In this document: positions 26,865 to 39,100 of the stretch, piece by piece | Layout: each line of letters begins with the position of its first letter | Position numbering within the stretch: position 1 is the first letter of the stretch | From: Negaprion brevirostris | Taxonomy: Eukaryota | DNA: 64,000 nucleotides | Direction of reading: 5' to 3' | Assembly (NCBI GenBank): GCA_030324005.1 | Contig: JARDVH010000025.1 | Coordinates: 83,545,693 to 83,609,692 of the forward strand | Notes under the pieces: model-generated | Told to the model about the DNA's origin: nothing | The model's input: only the letters and a program-made list of their open reading frames with translations | Databases searched by the model: none | Program-made: the position numbers and the translations under genes

Positions 26865-26980
26865 CCCATGTCTCAGAGGGGCTATCAGGATTTAAAATAT
26901 ATGGTTGGTGCAGACTTGATGGGCCAAATGGCCTCCTCCTGCACTGTAGGGATTCTATTTTATTCTATTTCATTCTATTT
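26865..26980 (+). mobile_element. HE1/HER1 3' end with (ttcta-like) tail repeats
   Basis: ggtgcagacttgatgggccaaatggcctcctcctgcactgtagggattcta. Confidence 0.8.
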
Positions 26981-28764
26981 CATGTGGAAAGATAGATCAT
27001 TCGTAAACATGTGGACCACTTGAGGAATAGAGAAATGTTCTAGCGGTCAGTGTTGCCATTAAAAAATGTATTTAAACCGGTAAGCACTGAAGTGCCTGAT
27101 CTGTTATCAATATAACTAATATCTTGTGGAAGCAAGTAATGCTGAACTGCCTGTGCCAGAAAGAGTACCTTCTTATTTAGGTCCCTATTAATGTCAATCT
27201 TGTGGAGGCATCTCAGACTACAGAATTGCACCACTCTATAAGAAACAGAAAATCCCCTAAAATCTCAACTTATACTTGTCCAACTCATGTACATAATGTG
27301 TAGTTGGTATTTAGGGCAGAGTGAATCAGTTATTGAAGATTGTGTAAAGGAGTTAAATAGGGGCGGAAGTGGTGATTGTCCGTTTAAGGGAAACACAGCA
27401 GAATAAGGGTCGCCTGGACTCATAATCATCCCATGGTGAGAAAGGCAGAGGCATTTTGGGAACTAGTTACAGTCATATGGCTACTGTAAATTCTTATTAA
27501 TAAATACCTTTTGTGTTTATTAATGAAGTCTGTGGAAGTGCATCATTACAAACATACAGCGAATTGAATCAAGACAACATTGTGAAATGGTGAAAAGTTA
27601 CACAAATTAATGTATCAGTGAAATGGAATCAGTATTGTTGCAATATAACTTAGAACAGAAGAAAATATTGTGACGGGGAATAAAGTGGTATCGGGCAAGG
27701 ACTACACTACTGAATTTACCCATGAGTGGCAACAGGAGAGGCAAGAAACTAATCTATAAATGTACAAACGATGCCATTGGAGATTGGAAAAGCAGTTGTA
27801 AATGTCGAAGGATCATTCAGGCAGCAAATCTGCACACAAAATCAAAATGACCCCCATTTTTCCTGAATTATAGGAATAAATGTTAATTAGAGAGCTCTAA
27901 CTTTGGAAATTGGAGAGCATTTTAGCCTTGGATAACATTAATTATCCAGTGAGTTGGCTGTAACTGTGATGCACTTAATGCATAAGCATAGTAGATCATG
28001 TGGGAGTCCAAGCATATCAAATGGATTTAGTGAGGCAGATGATTGTTGTACAACAGGTGCATTCTGCACTAAAATTGGTTCTTAATTATTTTGGCTTTAT
28101 GAAACTGCAGTGTAGAACTTGCAGTAAACGGTGCTTACTGAGAAACATATGGCCTGCTACTTGGCGGATCTGTTATTCATTGTTTTTATTTTTTTTAACA
28201 TTATGCAAGCAACTGCTCCCTTTCCAAACAAAAGCTGAGTTTCTCCGCCAACTGGTTAAGAGCCAGCTACTAAATATGACTGACAACCACTGGATGACAG
28301 AAAATGTTGTGTACCCTTTGTTTAATATGATGTAAAAATACTTGACTCGGTTGAAGATATTTTTGTTTGGCAAATATATCCTATGGACAAAGCATAGCTT
28401 GTTAAAAACACAGAATGCAACACGGTACAAGCTTGATTGGAACAAGTTTCTAGTTAAACATCCAGGAGACAAATAAAAATGATACGTTTTCCTGCCATGC
28501 ATATGTGCATCCATCAAGGTGTGGCATACCAACACAATGTATTTCCACTTTCTGCATCAAGGACCTCCAGGTTGAATTACACAAATTACATTCAAACTAA
28601 GTTTTTAGTTATTTTGTGTTGGCTATCCCATATTCCCAATATCAGAAGCCCAACTACTACTTGCCTCACTTCCCATTAAGTCCATTCTGTTGAGTGAAAT
28701 TACAGATGTGCATCTATTTGTGCTGTGGGACTGCACCCACTGGGAACTGGGTTAGAAACGATCG

Positions 28765-29255
28765 CAGGCTATTCAGCCCATTGCGCCTGCTCCACCACTT
28801 AATATAATCATGATGTGGCGATTGCCAATGTTGGACTGAGATGGGCACAGTAGGAAGGCACACAACACCAGGTTGAAGTCCAACAGATTTATTTTGAATC
28901 ACAATGAAGGTGATTGAATTCCCGATGAAGGAGCGCTCCTAATTAAAAAATAAACCTGTTGGACTTTAATCTGATGTTATCAGACTTCCTACTGTGACCA
29001 TATAATCATGTCTGATCATCCACTTCAATGCTTTTTTTCCTCACACTATCCCAATATCTTTGATATTGGTGTTTAAAAATGTCAATCTTTTAACATACTC
29101 AATGACTGCATTTCCATAGTCCCCTGGGATAGAGAATGCCAAAGATTGACAACATTCTAACTTCAAAAAAAAATTCACCTCATCCATGTGTAAATGATTT
29201 GCCCCTTATTTTGAAATCATATCCTCGGATTTGAGACTCCTCAACTCGAGGAAAT
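28765..29255 (-). mobile_element. Older CR1 3' end, interrupted by a PLE
   Basis: ggctattcagcccattgcgcctgctccaccacttaatataatcatg|tctgatc; tgggatagagaatgccaaagattgac. Confidence 0.75.
28813..28999. mobile_element. Penelope-like fold-back element (family A) with 11-bp TSD
   Basis: TSD atataatcatg at 28802-28812 and 29000-29010. Arms cacagtaggaag...gtccaacagatttattt and aaataaacctgttggac...cttcctactgtg. Central CCGATGAAGGAGCGCTCC is a decayed hammerhead core plus stem II. Confidence 0.8.
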
Positions 29256-32118
29256 AAAGAACAAAGAGCAGTACAGGACAGGAACAGGCCTGTGTGCCAA
29301 TACAGATATCTCTCTAATCTAAAATTTTCTTGCCTCCACATGTCCATATCCTCTATCCCCTGCCTAGNNNNNNNNNNNNNNNNNNNNNNNNNNNNNNNNN
29401 NNNNNNNNNNNNNNNNNNNNNNNNNNNNNNNNNNNNNNNNNNNNNNNNNNNNNNNNNNNNNNNNNNNAAACCTCTGTCAGATCCCCCCTCATCCTCCAAT
29501 GCTCCAGTGAAAACAATCCAAGTTTGTTCAACCTTTCTTCATAGATTATATCCTTTAAACCAGACAACATCCAGGTAAATCTCTTCTGCACCCTTTCCAA
29601 TGCATCAATATCCTTCTGGTGATGTGGCGACCAGATTTGTACACAATACTCCAAATGCGGCCTAACCAAAATCTTATATAGTTGCAACATGATTTTCGAA
29701 TTCCTATACTCGATGCCCTGACTGACGAAGGCCAGCATGCCATATGCCACTTTGACCACTTTGTCCACCTGAATTGCCACCTTTAGGGAACTGTGGATCA
29801 GCATGCCTTGATCCCTCTGTACATTAATATTTCTAAGGGCTCTGCATTTACTGTATGCTTCTGCAGTCGACCTTCAAAATCGCATCATCTCCGATTTGTC
29901 CAGGTTAAATTCCATCTGCCATCTTTCGGCCCAGGTCTTCAGCTGATTTATATCCTGCTGTATCCTCTGATAATCCTCCTCACTACTGCTACTTCCTCAA
30001 CGTTCATATCATCTGCAAGTTTACCAATCAGACCACTTATATTTTCCTCCAAATCATTGAGATTATGAACATCGCTCATCAAACACCTTCAGTTAGAAAA
30101 GTACCCTTCCACTGCTACTCTATTTTCTATGCCCAAGCAAATTTTGTGCCCATCTCACCAACTCACCTCATATGACTTCACCTTCTGTATCAGCTTGCCA
30201 TGAGTTTAAAGTTTATTTATTAGTCACAATTAAGGCTTACATTAGCATTGCAATGAAGTTACTGTGAAATTCCATGAGGAGCTGTATCAAAGTCCACAAC
30301 ATCCATTTCTTGGCCCTGATCAATTTTTCTTATCATTTCCTCGAAGAACTCAATCAAGTTTGTGAGACATGACCACCTCCTCACAAAACCATGCTATCGC
30401 TAATAAGCCTATTCTCTTCCAGATGTGAGTACATCCTGTTCCTAAGAATCTTCTTAATAATTTCCCCCGCCATTTATGTAAAGCTCACAGGCCTGTAATT
30501 TCCTGGATTATTTCTTCAGCCCTTCTTTAAACAGAAGAAAAATGTTAGCTACTCGCCAATCCTCTGGTACCTCACCTGTGACTAAAGAGGATACAAAGAT
30601 TTTGGCCAAGGCCTCAGTAATTTCTCCCCTCGCCTCTCTCAGTATTCTGAGATACAGCCTATCTGGCCCTGGGGACTTGTCCACCTTAATGTTTTTCAAA
30701 ATCTCTAGTACCTCCTCCCTTTTTGTCTCAACATGTCCTAGAATGTCAACATCCTCCTTTCTATACTCGCCATCCATCGCATCCTTCTCCTTTGTGAATA
30801 CTGATGCAAAGACTCATTAAGGACCTCACCCACCTCATCTGGTTCCAGACACACATTCCCTATACTGTCCTTGAGTGGACCTACCCTTTCCTTAGCTGCT
30901 CTGTTCCTTATATAGGCATAAAAAGCCTTGTGATTCTCCTTAATCCTGCCTACCAAGTACATTTCATGGCCCCTTTTTGTCCCCCCAAGTCACTGTTTAA
31001 GGTCTTTCCTGCTATCTTTGTATTCCTCAAGAGCCTTATCTGTCCTCAATTTCCTGAAATTTATGTATGCCTCCTTTTTCACTTAGCTCACAATCTCTCT
31101 TGTCATCCAGGGTTCCCAAATCTTGCCATCTTTATACTTCATTTTTGAAGAGGCATACTTGTCCTGAATTGTTAACAACTGACTTAAAAGACTCCCAGAT
31201 GTCGAATGTAGATTTACCCTCAAACAGCCACCCCAGTCTACATCCCCTAGCTCTTACCTAATGCTGTCAGAGTTAGCGTTCCTCCAATTTCATACTTCCA
31301 CTCTGGGATTACTTCTTTCCTTTTCTACAAGCACCTTGGATTTGAATTGTAGAATTGTGATCACTATTCCCAAAATGGTTCTCCACTGAGACAGCAATCA
31401 CCTGCCTGGATTCGTTTCCCAGAACCAGGTCTAAGCTAGCCCCTTCCTGATGTTGGGGAAGTTAAAATTACCTGTCAGAACAACTCTGTTGTTTTTACAT
31501 CTTTCCATAATTTGCTGACATATCAGTATCTTCACTTCACTCTGGCTCCTGGGAGGTCTGTAGTACAACCCCAACAGTGTGATTTCATTGCTTCTAATCC
31601 TGAGTTCTGCCCATATGGCCTCACTGCATGATCCCACCAAGGCGTGCTCCCTCTATACAGCTGTGTCATTCTCCCTAATCAATAAAGCAAAACCCCCACC
31701 TCTTTTGTCACCTTCTGTCTTGTCTGAAGCATCTAAATTCTGGAATGCTAAGATGCCAGTCCTGCCCTTCTTTCATCCAAGTCTTTAATTGCCACATCAT
31801 CAAAGTTCCGCAGTAGTAACCCAAGCTTTACGTTTATCCGCCTCATCTGTCATACTCTTCTTTAAAACAAATACACCTTAGACGAGCTGTCCTGACATTT
31901 TTTGTACACTCTCTTAACCTTATTGGACCTATTCACTGAGTTCTCCACAATCTCTGTACTGTGGCCCTTTTTGATTTTTGTCTTTGTTTTCTCTGCCTTC
32001 CACTTTTCCTCTTCCTGCCTTTTGTTTTTGTCTCCATTTTACTTCCCTCTAACTTCCTGCATTAGTTCCCATTCTCCTACCATTAGTTTAAACCCTCCCC
32101 AACAGCACTAGCAAACAC
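29256..32118 (-). mobile_element. Long CR1/HER1 LINE (end of ORF1, APE endonuclease, RT, 3' tail), pseudogenised
   Basis: GVFASAVGEGLN* (ORF1 end); LLGLYYRPP...VVLTGNFNFPNI; KSPGPDRLYLRILRE...VPEDWRVAN; LYKILVRPHLEYCVQIWSP. Confidence 0.92.
30205..30271 (-). mobile_element. Tail-only 67-bp retroposed insertion with 7-bp TSD inside CR1
   Basis: TSD ccatgag at 30198-30204 and 30272-30278; same tail as the SINEs at 15187 and 48250. Confidence 0.8.
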
Positions 32119-32120
32119 AC

Positions 32121-33010
32121 CCTTATGGTATTCCAGGCGGGGTCTAACAAACATTCTATACAATTGAAGCAGGACTTTGCTACTCCNNNNNNNNNNNNNN
32201 NNNNNNNNNNNNNNNNNNNNNNNNNNNNNNNNNNNNNNNNNNNNNNNNNNNNNNNNNNNNNNNNNNNNNNNNNNNNNNNNNNNNNNNNNNNNNNNNNNNN
32301 NNNNNNNNNNNNNNNNNNNNNNNNNNNNNNNNNNNNNNNNNNNNNNNNNNNNNNNNNNNNNNNNNNNNNNNNNNNNNNNNNNNNNNNNNNNNNNNNNNNN
32401 NNNNNNNNNNNNNNNNNNNNNNNNNNNNNNNNNNNNNNNNNNNNNNNNNNNNNNNNNNNNNNNNNNNNNNNNNNNNNNNNNNNNNNNNNNNNNNNNNNNN
32501 NNNNNNNNNNNNNNNNNNNNNNNNNNNNNNNNNNNNNNNNNNNNNNNNNNNNNNNNNNNNNNNNTATCTAATTGCTTATCATTTACAGAATTCTCTACCC
32601 ATATGTTCCTCCTATCAAAGTGGATAACCTCACATTTCCCCACATCCCTGCCATGTTCTTGCCCACTTACTGAGTATGTCCAAATCCTCTTGAGGCCATT
32701 TTACATCTTTGTCACTTCACACGTTCCCACCTAGCTGTGTGTCATCAATGAACTTGGAAATATTACATTTTGGTCCCCACATCCAAATCATTGATATATA
32801 TTGTGAACAGCTGGGGTCCAAGTACTGATCGTTGCAGTTACCCACTAGTCATAGCCAGCCAATGTGAGAATGGCTTATTTTACTTTTGCCCTTTTTTTTT
32901 TGCTAACCAATCTCCTGTAGAGTCTTTCTCAAAAGTTTTCTGAAAATCCAAGTATGCTACATCCACCAACTCCACTTTATTAATTCTGTTGATCGCAATC
33001 TCAAATGACT
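32121..33010 (-). mobile_element. Further CR1 RT segment, gap-interrupted
   Basis: GKCEVIHF; SKVLLQLYRMFVRPRLEY; reverse-complement SVLGPQLFTIYIND...KFIDDT. Confidence 0.85.
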
Positions 33011-34624
33011 GAATAACAACTCTTGTCTTTCTTTATTTTCATTATTTTGTGAGATAGTGACAAATATACCCCCGGCGTAAACACATTATGCAGAAACATT
33101 TTGCTACAGTACCAAATTACTAGGGTGATATGCATTTATACACTCCCTACTTCAAATTCACATTAAGTGGTGTTATGTTCTTATGTTGCAGACTTTACCC
33201 ACCTAATGACTTATTAAGTTAAAATGTANNNNNNNNNNNNNATTTCAACTGTGGGTTGCTAAATTATTTGGTCTGCAGAGATAATCAATTATACAGCATC
33301 TCAAACAAAAACAAATGTTTATTGTAAGGTTAGCATGTTGCTCTGTATTTTTTTTCGTGGTGTGCTATGTCTAGAGGTAAGCTGTTTCATTTGCATTTTG
33401 AAAGTATACACACTGACAATCGACGTGAGACACTGCTGTGCTGGAATAGGAGGGGATTCCTTTGCAAAATAATTGGTCCGGTACAGATCTGGGGCAATTG
33501 GTGCAAGGATGCTGAATAATCCAATTCACTGCCGAAATTATTCAGTATAATGTAGCCCTTTCAAATTACAGGAAGTAAGTCATACTTCATTTTCACTATC
33601 TCATGGGCTAGCTTCAATTCGAACAGATATCTGCTGTCTGAAATTGGTGTCCTTTACTTCAGTAAAATTATATGTTCTGAAAATCTAGTTTTAAGCAAGA
33701 TACCTAATATTTCATGATCATGCATACCCTTTTAAATAGAATTGAGTGATTGCTGTTTGTTTGTTATAGCTATATAGGAGCGTGTGGCATGCTAATGAGT
33801 ATCCTCATGATCTGATACTCCTGGTGAGAATACTAATCATTTTATGAAGTGAATCTTAACATTGGTAAATATTTCGGAATGCTCCAGATAATACATAACA
33901 CAACAGTAAAGCAGGTTTTGTTTCTGCCCAAAGGAAGCAATCTATATCAGCGACTTGAAATTTTATATTAGGTTAGAATTGAGCTGGAAATCTCAGAATG
34001 AGAATATTGCTACTTGGCTCAAATAGATTAGTTATTTAAAAAGCATAGCGGAAACAAATTCACTGAGATTTTGGTTTAAAGAGCCTATCAGATGGTGTTT
34101 GGTGAACTAATTCAGTACAGGTTTGAAATTTCGTAAGTGAAACATTGATTTAGTAAGGAATCTGAGCAGAGACGTGTCAGCTGTTGGCTTTAAGCTGTTA
34201 ATACCATACATCTGTCCTGTGGGTTGGTGTCTTGTCACCTATTGCAGTGCTCAAATGTTTGGAGAAGTCTGAGAACTGAACAATCACAACTTAGAAGCTG
34301 TAGCTCCTAAAAACATTTTGGAGAAAGAGTGCTGCAAAATTTGTTCTTGTATTTAACCCTAACTGCCATTCGATTTCNNNNNNNNNNNNNAACACGTTTA
34401 TTTATTTTTAAGTGACGACTACTGTTCCTGTCTCCATGTGGGCTTCTTATGTTGTTTCATCCTAACTTTCTAGATATTCAAGGTGATATTGTTAAAACAG
34501 AATAAATCAGCCTTCATAGTTGCAAAGTGTAAACTAGAAATGATTCAATGTCAAAAAGCCACTTTCGTTAAAGTTCTGACTGCAACAACATTGCAATGTT
34601 TGGAGGCTGACATTTGCCCTACTC

Positions 34625-35145
34625 AAAATATGAAATTTAGTGTAGGAGGGAGGACTTTTGCCTGACCAGCTGGAGAGCCAACACAAGTGCCTGTGTCGCT
34701 TACTTTTGGGAATGCCCACTGCACTAAGTGCCAATGTTGGCAGCAGCATGGTTTCTGTGGGATCAAGGTGGGGGTGAAAATTGTGTTCCCAAGAACTGCC
34801 ATGGTTGGGGTGGTGGGGGGGAGTGGGGGAGTCTGCAGACTATGGGACGTTGTTGGGGAGGGAGACATGGGGTTCAGCAGTAAAGATGGTGGGTTGGCTC
34901 TTGGTAGCTGCCTTCTCAGTGCTGGATTCCTCCACCAGGCACTATGAACCCTCAAGTGGGAATTAATTGCCCACTTCAGGGCTTTAATTAGCAGTGTGGC
35001 GGGATGGTTCGCCATGAGCCTTCCTGTCCTAGATTTAGTCATGACTCAGACAGAAAGGCAGCATGACCAAGTCCTGCCACCTCTCCAGTTTAAATGCCTG
35101 ATTCCACCACCAAACTCTCCTTGGAGGAGGGCATTAAATTCCAGC
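34625..35145. mobile_element. Harbinger-type MITE remnant
   Basis: Ends in aaattccagcc, the same TIR as 22623-22636; GC-rich interior; left TIR decayed. Confidence 0.5.
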
Positions 35146-35487
35146 CAATCTTCCTAACATGTAAATGTGAATATTGACAAATGTAAAGGCATAGATAATT
35201 TGGTGTACTTAATATACTAATTAATACATCCGTCATTTGCAGCGTAAGTGGTGGTATTCCTTTAAAACATTTTGGCACTGGATGTGCTTTATGGACATCA
35301 AGTATATATTCATTTGATATGTCGCTCTATCCTTGGAATACAATCACTTGGCTATTTGTTAAGGCTAGGTTTTAAATTATACTTGTGTATCTGACAGGTT
35401 TACTTGGCCTTGTTGCCAGCTGCTCACTGTCTTCTCTTTGGGAACCAATTGGACTCAGTGCAACTTTAGTCTTGACTATGTGTAACA

Positions 35488-38480
35488 GCAGCACAGTGAT
35501 TATGTTACTGGCAAATGATGCAGAGACATGGGTTCAGATCCCATTGCAGCAGCTGGGGAACGTTAAACATATCTGGAATAAAAAGCTATTGTCAGTAATG
35601 GTGACTGCGAAACTCCTAAATTGTCATAAAAGACCTTCTCATTCTCTGATGTCTTTTAGGGAAGGGATTCTGCTGGCCTGTGTGTGACTCCAGATCTACA
35701 GCAGCATGATCTTAACTGCCCTCTGAAATGGCCCAGTGAGCCCCTCAGTTGTATCTAAATGCTATGAAACATCTAATAAACGTAAATCTAGATGGATAAC
35801 CCAGCAACAATTTAGACCCTGGACATGATAAATGCACAGCCTGCTTAATCCTTCCCACTAACACCTGTAGATGTGAATTAAAATTGCAAAAGCTGTCCCA
35901 AGCCGGTCAAGCAACAGTCTGATGCAGTCATAATCTGAATCCCCACCATCAGGGCAGTACCCTTAGAAATGGCAGCACAGTGGTATACAATCAAGAAGGA
36001 AGGCCCTGAGAGGTCTTAACATTGACTCCGGACTTCATGAAAACTCATGATACCTAGCCAGACAAAGACAAAGAAACCACCATCTGCCCTTACTCAGTTG
36101 TTGAATCCATACTCTTGCATGTCGACCATCACTTGGAAGAAACACACAAAAGTAAGGGCACATATCTTTATTGCTCATAGCCAAGAGTAGCGAGATGTCA
36201 TAAGTAGCGACTGAGCTTGCAGATCCTGAAAGACATAGGTGCTTGTGGCAAGTGGTGTGAAAATCAAAATAAAAAATCAAAATCAAAACTCAAAATCCTC
36301 ATTAACCTCGTCCTCCCTAATATACTTGTATACTTTTTAACACCTTGCTATTATGTTGTGTGGTACTCACCCATGCTAAATGGGATAGATTTAGCACAGG
36401 CTGGTAGCTCAGACCTAGGCACCCATGAAGCACTATGAACTATTCATAGTATTCCATCATAATCTATAATCTTACCACCTGGCACATCCCTCACTCTACA
36501 ATTTCCATCAAGGCAAGCGACTCATACCAGTTTAGTGAGAAGGATAGGAGACAGTGCTAAGAGCAGCACTGGGAGTACCCAAAAATGACATGCCAACTGA
36601 GCCATACTGGACTACAGACATGCTTAACAGAAGATGTAGCATTCTATTAAGAGTTAAGTAATTCCCAAGTCAATTAATAAAATCAAAGCTCTTCAGTTCT
36701 TCCACATCCAGTCATCAGTTGTGGTGGGCAGTTAAACAACCTGGGAAACCATGAACATACCAATCTTCAGTGGTGAGATGCTGAGCACATCTGTGCAAAT
36801 GACAAAGTTGAAGTACTTGTAAATGTCACAGCCATCTCTGCCTCCTCATGTGATTACAAATATCACAGATAGCAATCTTCAGCAATTCAATTCTCTCCAC
36901 ATGATATCAGGAAATGGAGGAGGACACTGGATGCAGTAAAATCTGGGCTCCACAACATCTGGGCCAAAGAGCTGAAGACTTGTGTTCCAGAATGAGCCGC
37001 ACCCTTGTAGTCAAACTGTTCCAGTACAATCACAACACTGGCCTGGAAGATTGCCTAGATATGTTCTGTCCACATATAACGGTACAAATCGAGCCCTCCC
37101 AATTACAGCCCCATTAGTTTACTCTCAATCATCAAAATAGTGATGGAAGGTATCAGTAACAGTGCTACCAAGCAGCAATTACTTAGCATTAACCTGCTCA
37201 CTGATGTTCAGTTTGGATTCTGCCAGGGTCATTCAACTCAAGACCTCATTATAGCCTTGATCTGAACACGGACAGAAAAGCTGAACTCGAGATTAGATGA
37301 AAGTGACTGCTCTTGACAGCAAGGCAGCAGTTGACTGAATGTGACACCAAGAAGCTCCAGTAAAATTGAAGTCAATGGTCATTGGAGGAAGACTCTCCGG
37401 TGGCTGGAGACATAGCTAGTATGGTTGTTTCAGTCCAGTCACGTCAGCCCAAAGAACATCACTGCAGGAGTTCTTCAGGGTGGTGAACTTGGTCTGATCA
37501 GCTTCAACTGCTTCATGAATGACTTTCTCTCCCTCAATAGATCAGAAGTGGTGACGATTGCACGTGTTTAATACTGTTTGCAACTCTTCAGACAATCAAG
37601 CAGCACATGTCCTGGTCTTGCTGCATGTGGGCAACATTCAGGCTGGAGCTGCTAAGTAGCAAGTAACGATGACACCACACAAGTGTCAGGCAGTGACCAT
37701 TTCCAGCAAAAGATATCCTAACTACCTCCCCTTGACAGATAGTAGGAGAAGGGAGTCTTGCCATTGGCTGGAAACTTAACTAGACTACCCACAAATGTTG
37801 TAGCTACAGAAGCAGGTGAGAGGTTATGATTTGGCTTCAAATAATTCACCTCTGAATTCCAAAACCGATCCACCATATACAAAGCAAAAATCAGGGGCAT
37901 TTCTGCTTTCCATTTACCTGGGTGAGTTTAGCCCCAGCAATACTGGTGAGGTCCCAGAGGACTGGAGGACAGTGAACGTGGTACTGTTGTTTAAAAAGGG
38001 TAGGAGGGATAACCCGGGTAACTATAGGCCGGTGAGTTTAACGTCAGTGGTAGGCAAGTTGANNNNNNNNNNNNNNNNNNNNNNNNNNNNNNNNNNNNNN
38101 NNNNNNNNNNNNNNNNNNNNNNNNNNNNNNNNNNNNNNNNNNNNNNNNNNNNNNNNNNNNNNCAACTCACTCAGGCATTTCCTATACGAGCAACCTCTAT
38201 TCCCTAGAAGGCTAAGGGAAGCCGGTGCATGGGGACAGCAGCACCTGAAAGTTCTCCAAGTAGCACACGATCCCGACCTAAAATATATTGTCATTCCTTC
38301 ATTGTTGCTTTTCAAAATTGTGCAACTCCCTCTCTAACAACATCATGGGTGCACCTGCGCCACATACACCCAACCCTAACAGCAGAAGTTAAGAGGCTGA
38401 CCACATGCTTCTTGGGCCAATTAGAGATGTGGAATAAATGTTGACCTCGCTAATGAAGCCCACATTCCCATGAATAAAAA
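35488..38480 (+). mobile_element. Near-full-length decayed single-ORF APE-RT LINE (CR1/Jockey group) with tRNA-like 5' head
   Basis: B-box-like gggttcagatccc at 35530-35542. EN remnants VKQQSDAVII, GSTVVYNQE, VLNIDSGLHE, LLHVDHHLEE. RT remnants NYSPISLLSII, QFGFCQGHS, ITAGVLQG...FNCFMND. 3' end cccacattcccatgaataaaaa. Confidence 0.85.
37941..38062 (+). mobile_element. Younger CR1 RT fragment nested in the LINE above (runs into gap)
   Basis: TGEVPEDWRTVNVVLLFKKGRRDNPGNYRPVSLTSVVGKL. Confidence 0.9.
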
Positions 38481-38513
38481 CGAAAGATTGCATTTATGAA
38501 AAATAGTTACACA

Positions 38514-39100
38514 GGGCTCAATTGGGCGCAAAAATGTGATAAAGTTGGGCGTGAGGCCATTAACGCAATCTGCGCCTGCGTCCACAGAGATGCCCACTTT
38601 AACAAGGCCCGAAAATGGCTGTGATCTGATTTGTGCCCAAAACGGGCACAATGGCAATTTAAATGCATTTGCCTGCCCAACTTTATCAGCATTTCCCCCT
38701 TTATCATCACTTTTGCGCATCTAGATTGGGCGCGAAACAGACATTCTTGGCAAAGGTCTGTTTCAGGCGCTACAGCTGCTGAAAAGGTAAGTTCAGCACT
38801 TCCAATGGCTCTGACTCGGATTGGAGGTTGGGGGGTGGGGCGGGTGATGTCTGTGGGGCCAGATTCGCTTTATCTGCTTTTTGCAGCCTGGGAGTGATGT
38901 GACAGCGGCAGGATTTTCAAATTTTTTTCCTCACTGTGCATGCGCAGTTCAGAGCTCCAATTGTTTTGGGTGTGCAATTCAGACCCATGATTTTTTTTTC
39001 AGGCTAAGTGTGTATGGGGATGCCTGAGAGCAGACTTCCAAGTCAGATCTGAATTGCACCCAGATTCAGCACTTAAAATGAAAATAGTAAAATTGGGCCC
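38514..39100. mobile_element. PIF/Harbinger-like MITE
   Basis: TIRs gggctcaatt and aattgggccc (9/10); flanks ACA/ATA; internal inverted repeat tgataaagttgggc / gcccaactttatca. Confidence 0.7.

Noticed and set aside
27297-27579. Possible solo LTR (TG...CA, AATAAA); weaker cases at about 20935-21150 and 26280-26371
   Set aside because: No TSD or second copy in the window to support it.
28000-28335. 111-aa ORF as a host exon
   Set aside because: Weak AAG acceptor, no convincing donor, no recognisable protein motif.
33770-33823. 54-nt exon-like segment (LYRSVWHANEYPHDLILL); likewise 17750-17807
   Set aside because: Splice sites are plausible, but the phases do not resolve the gene model and such matches arise by chance.
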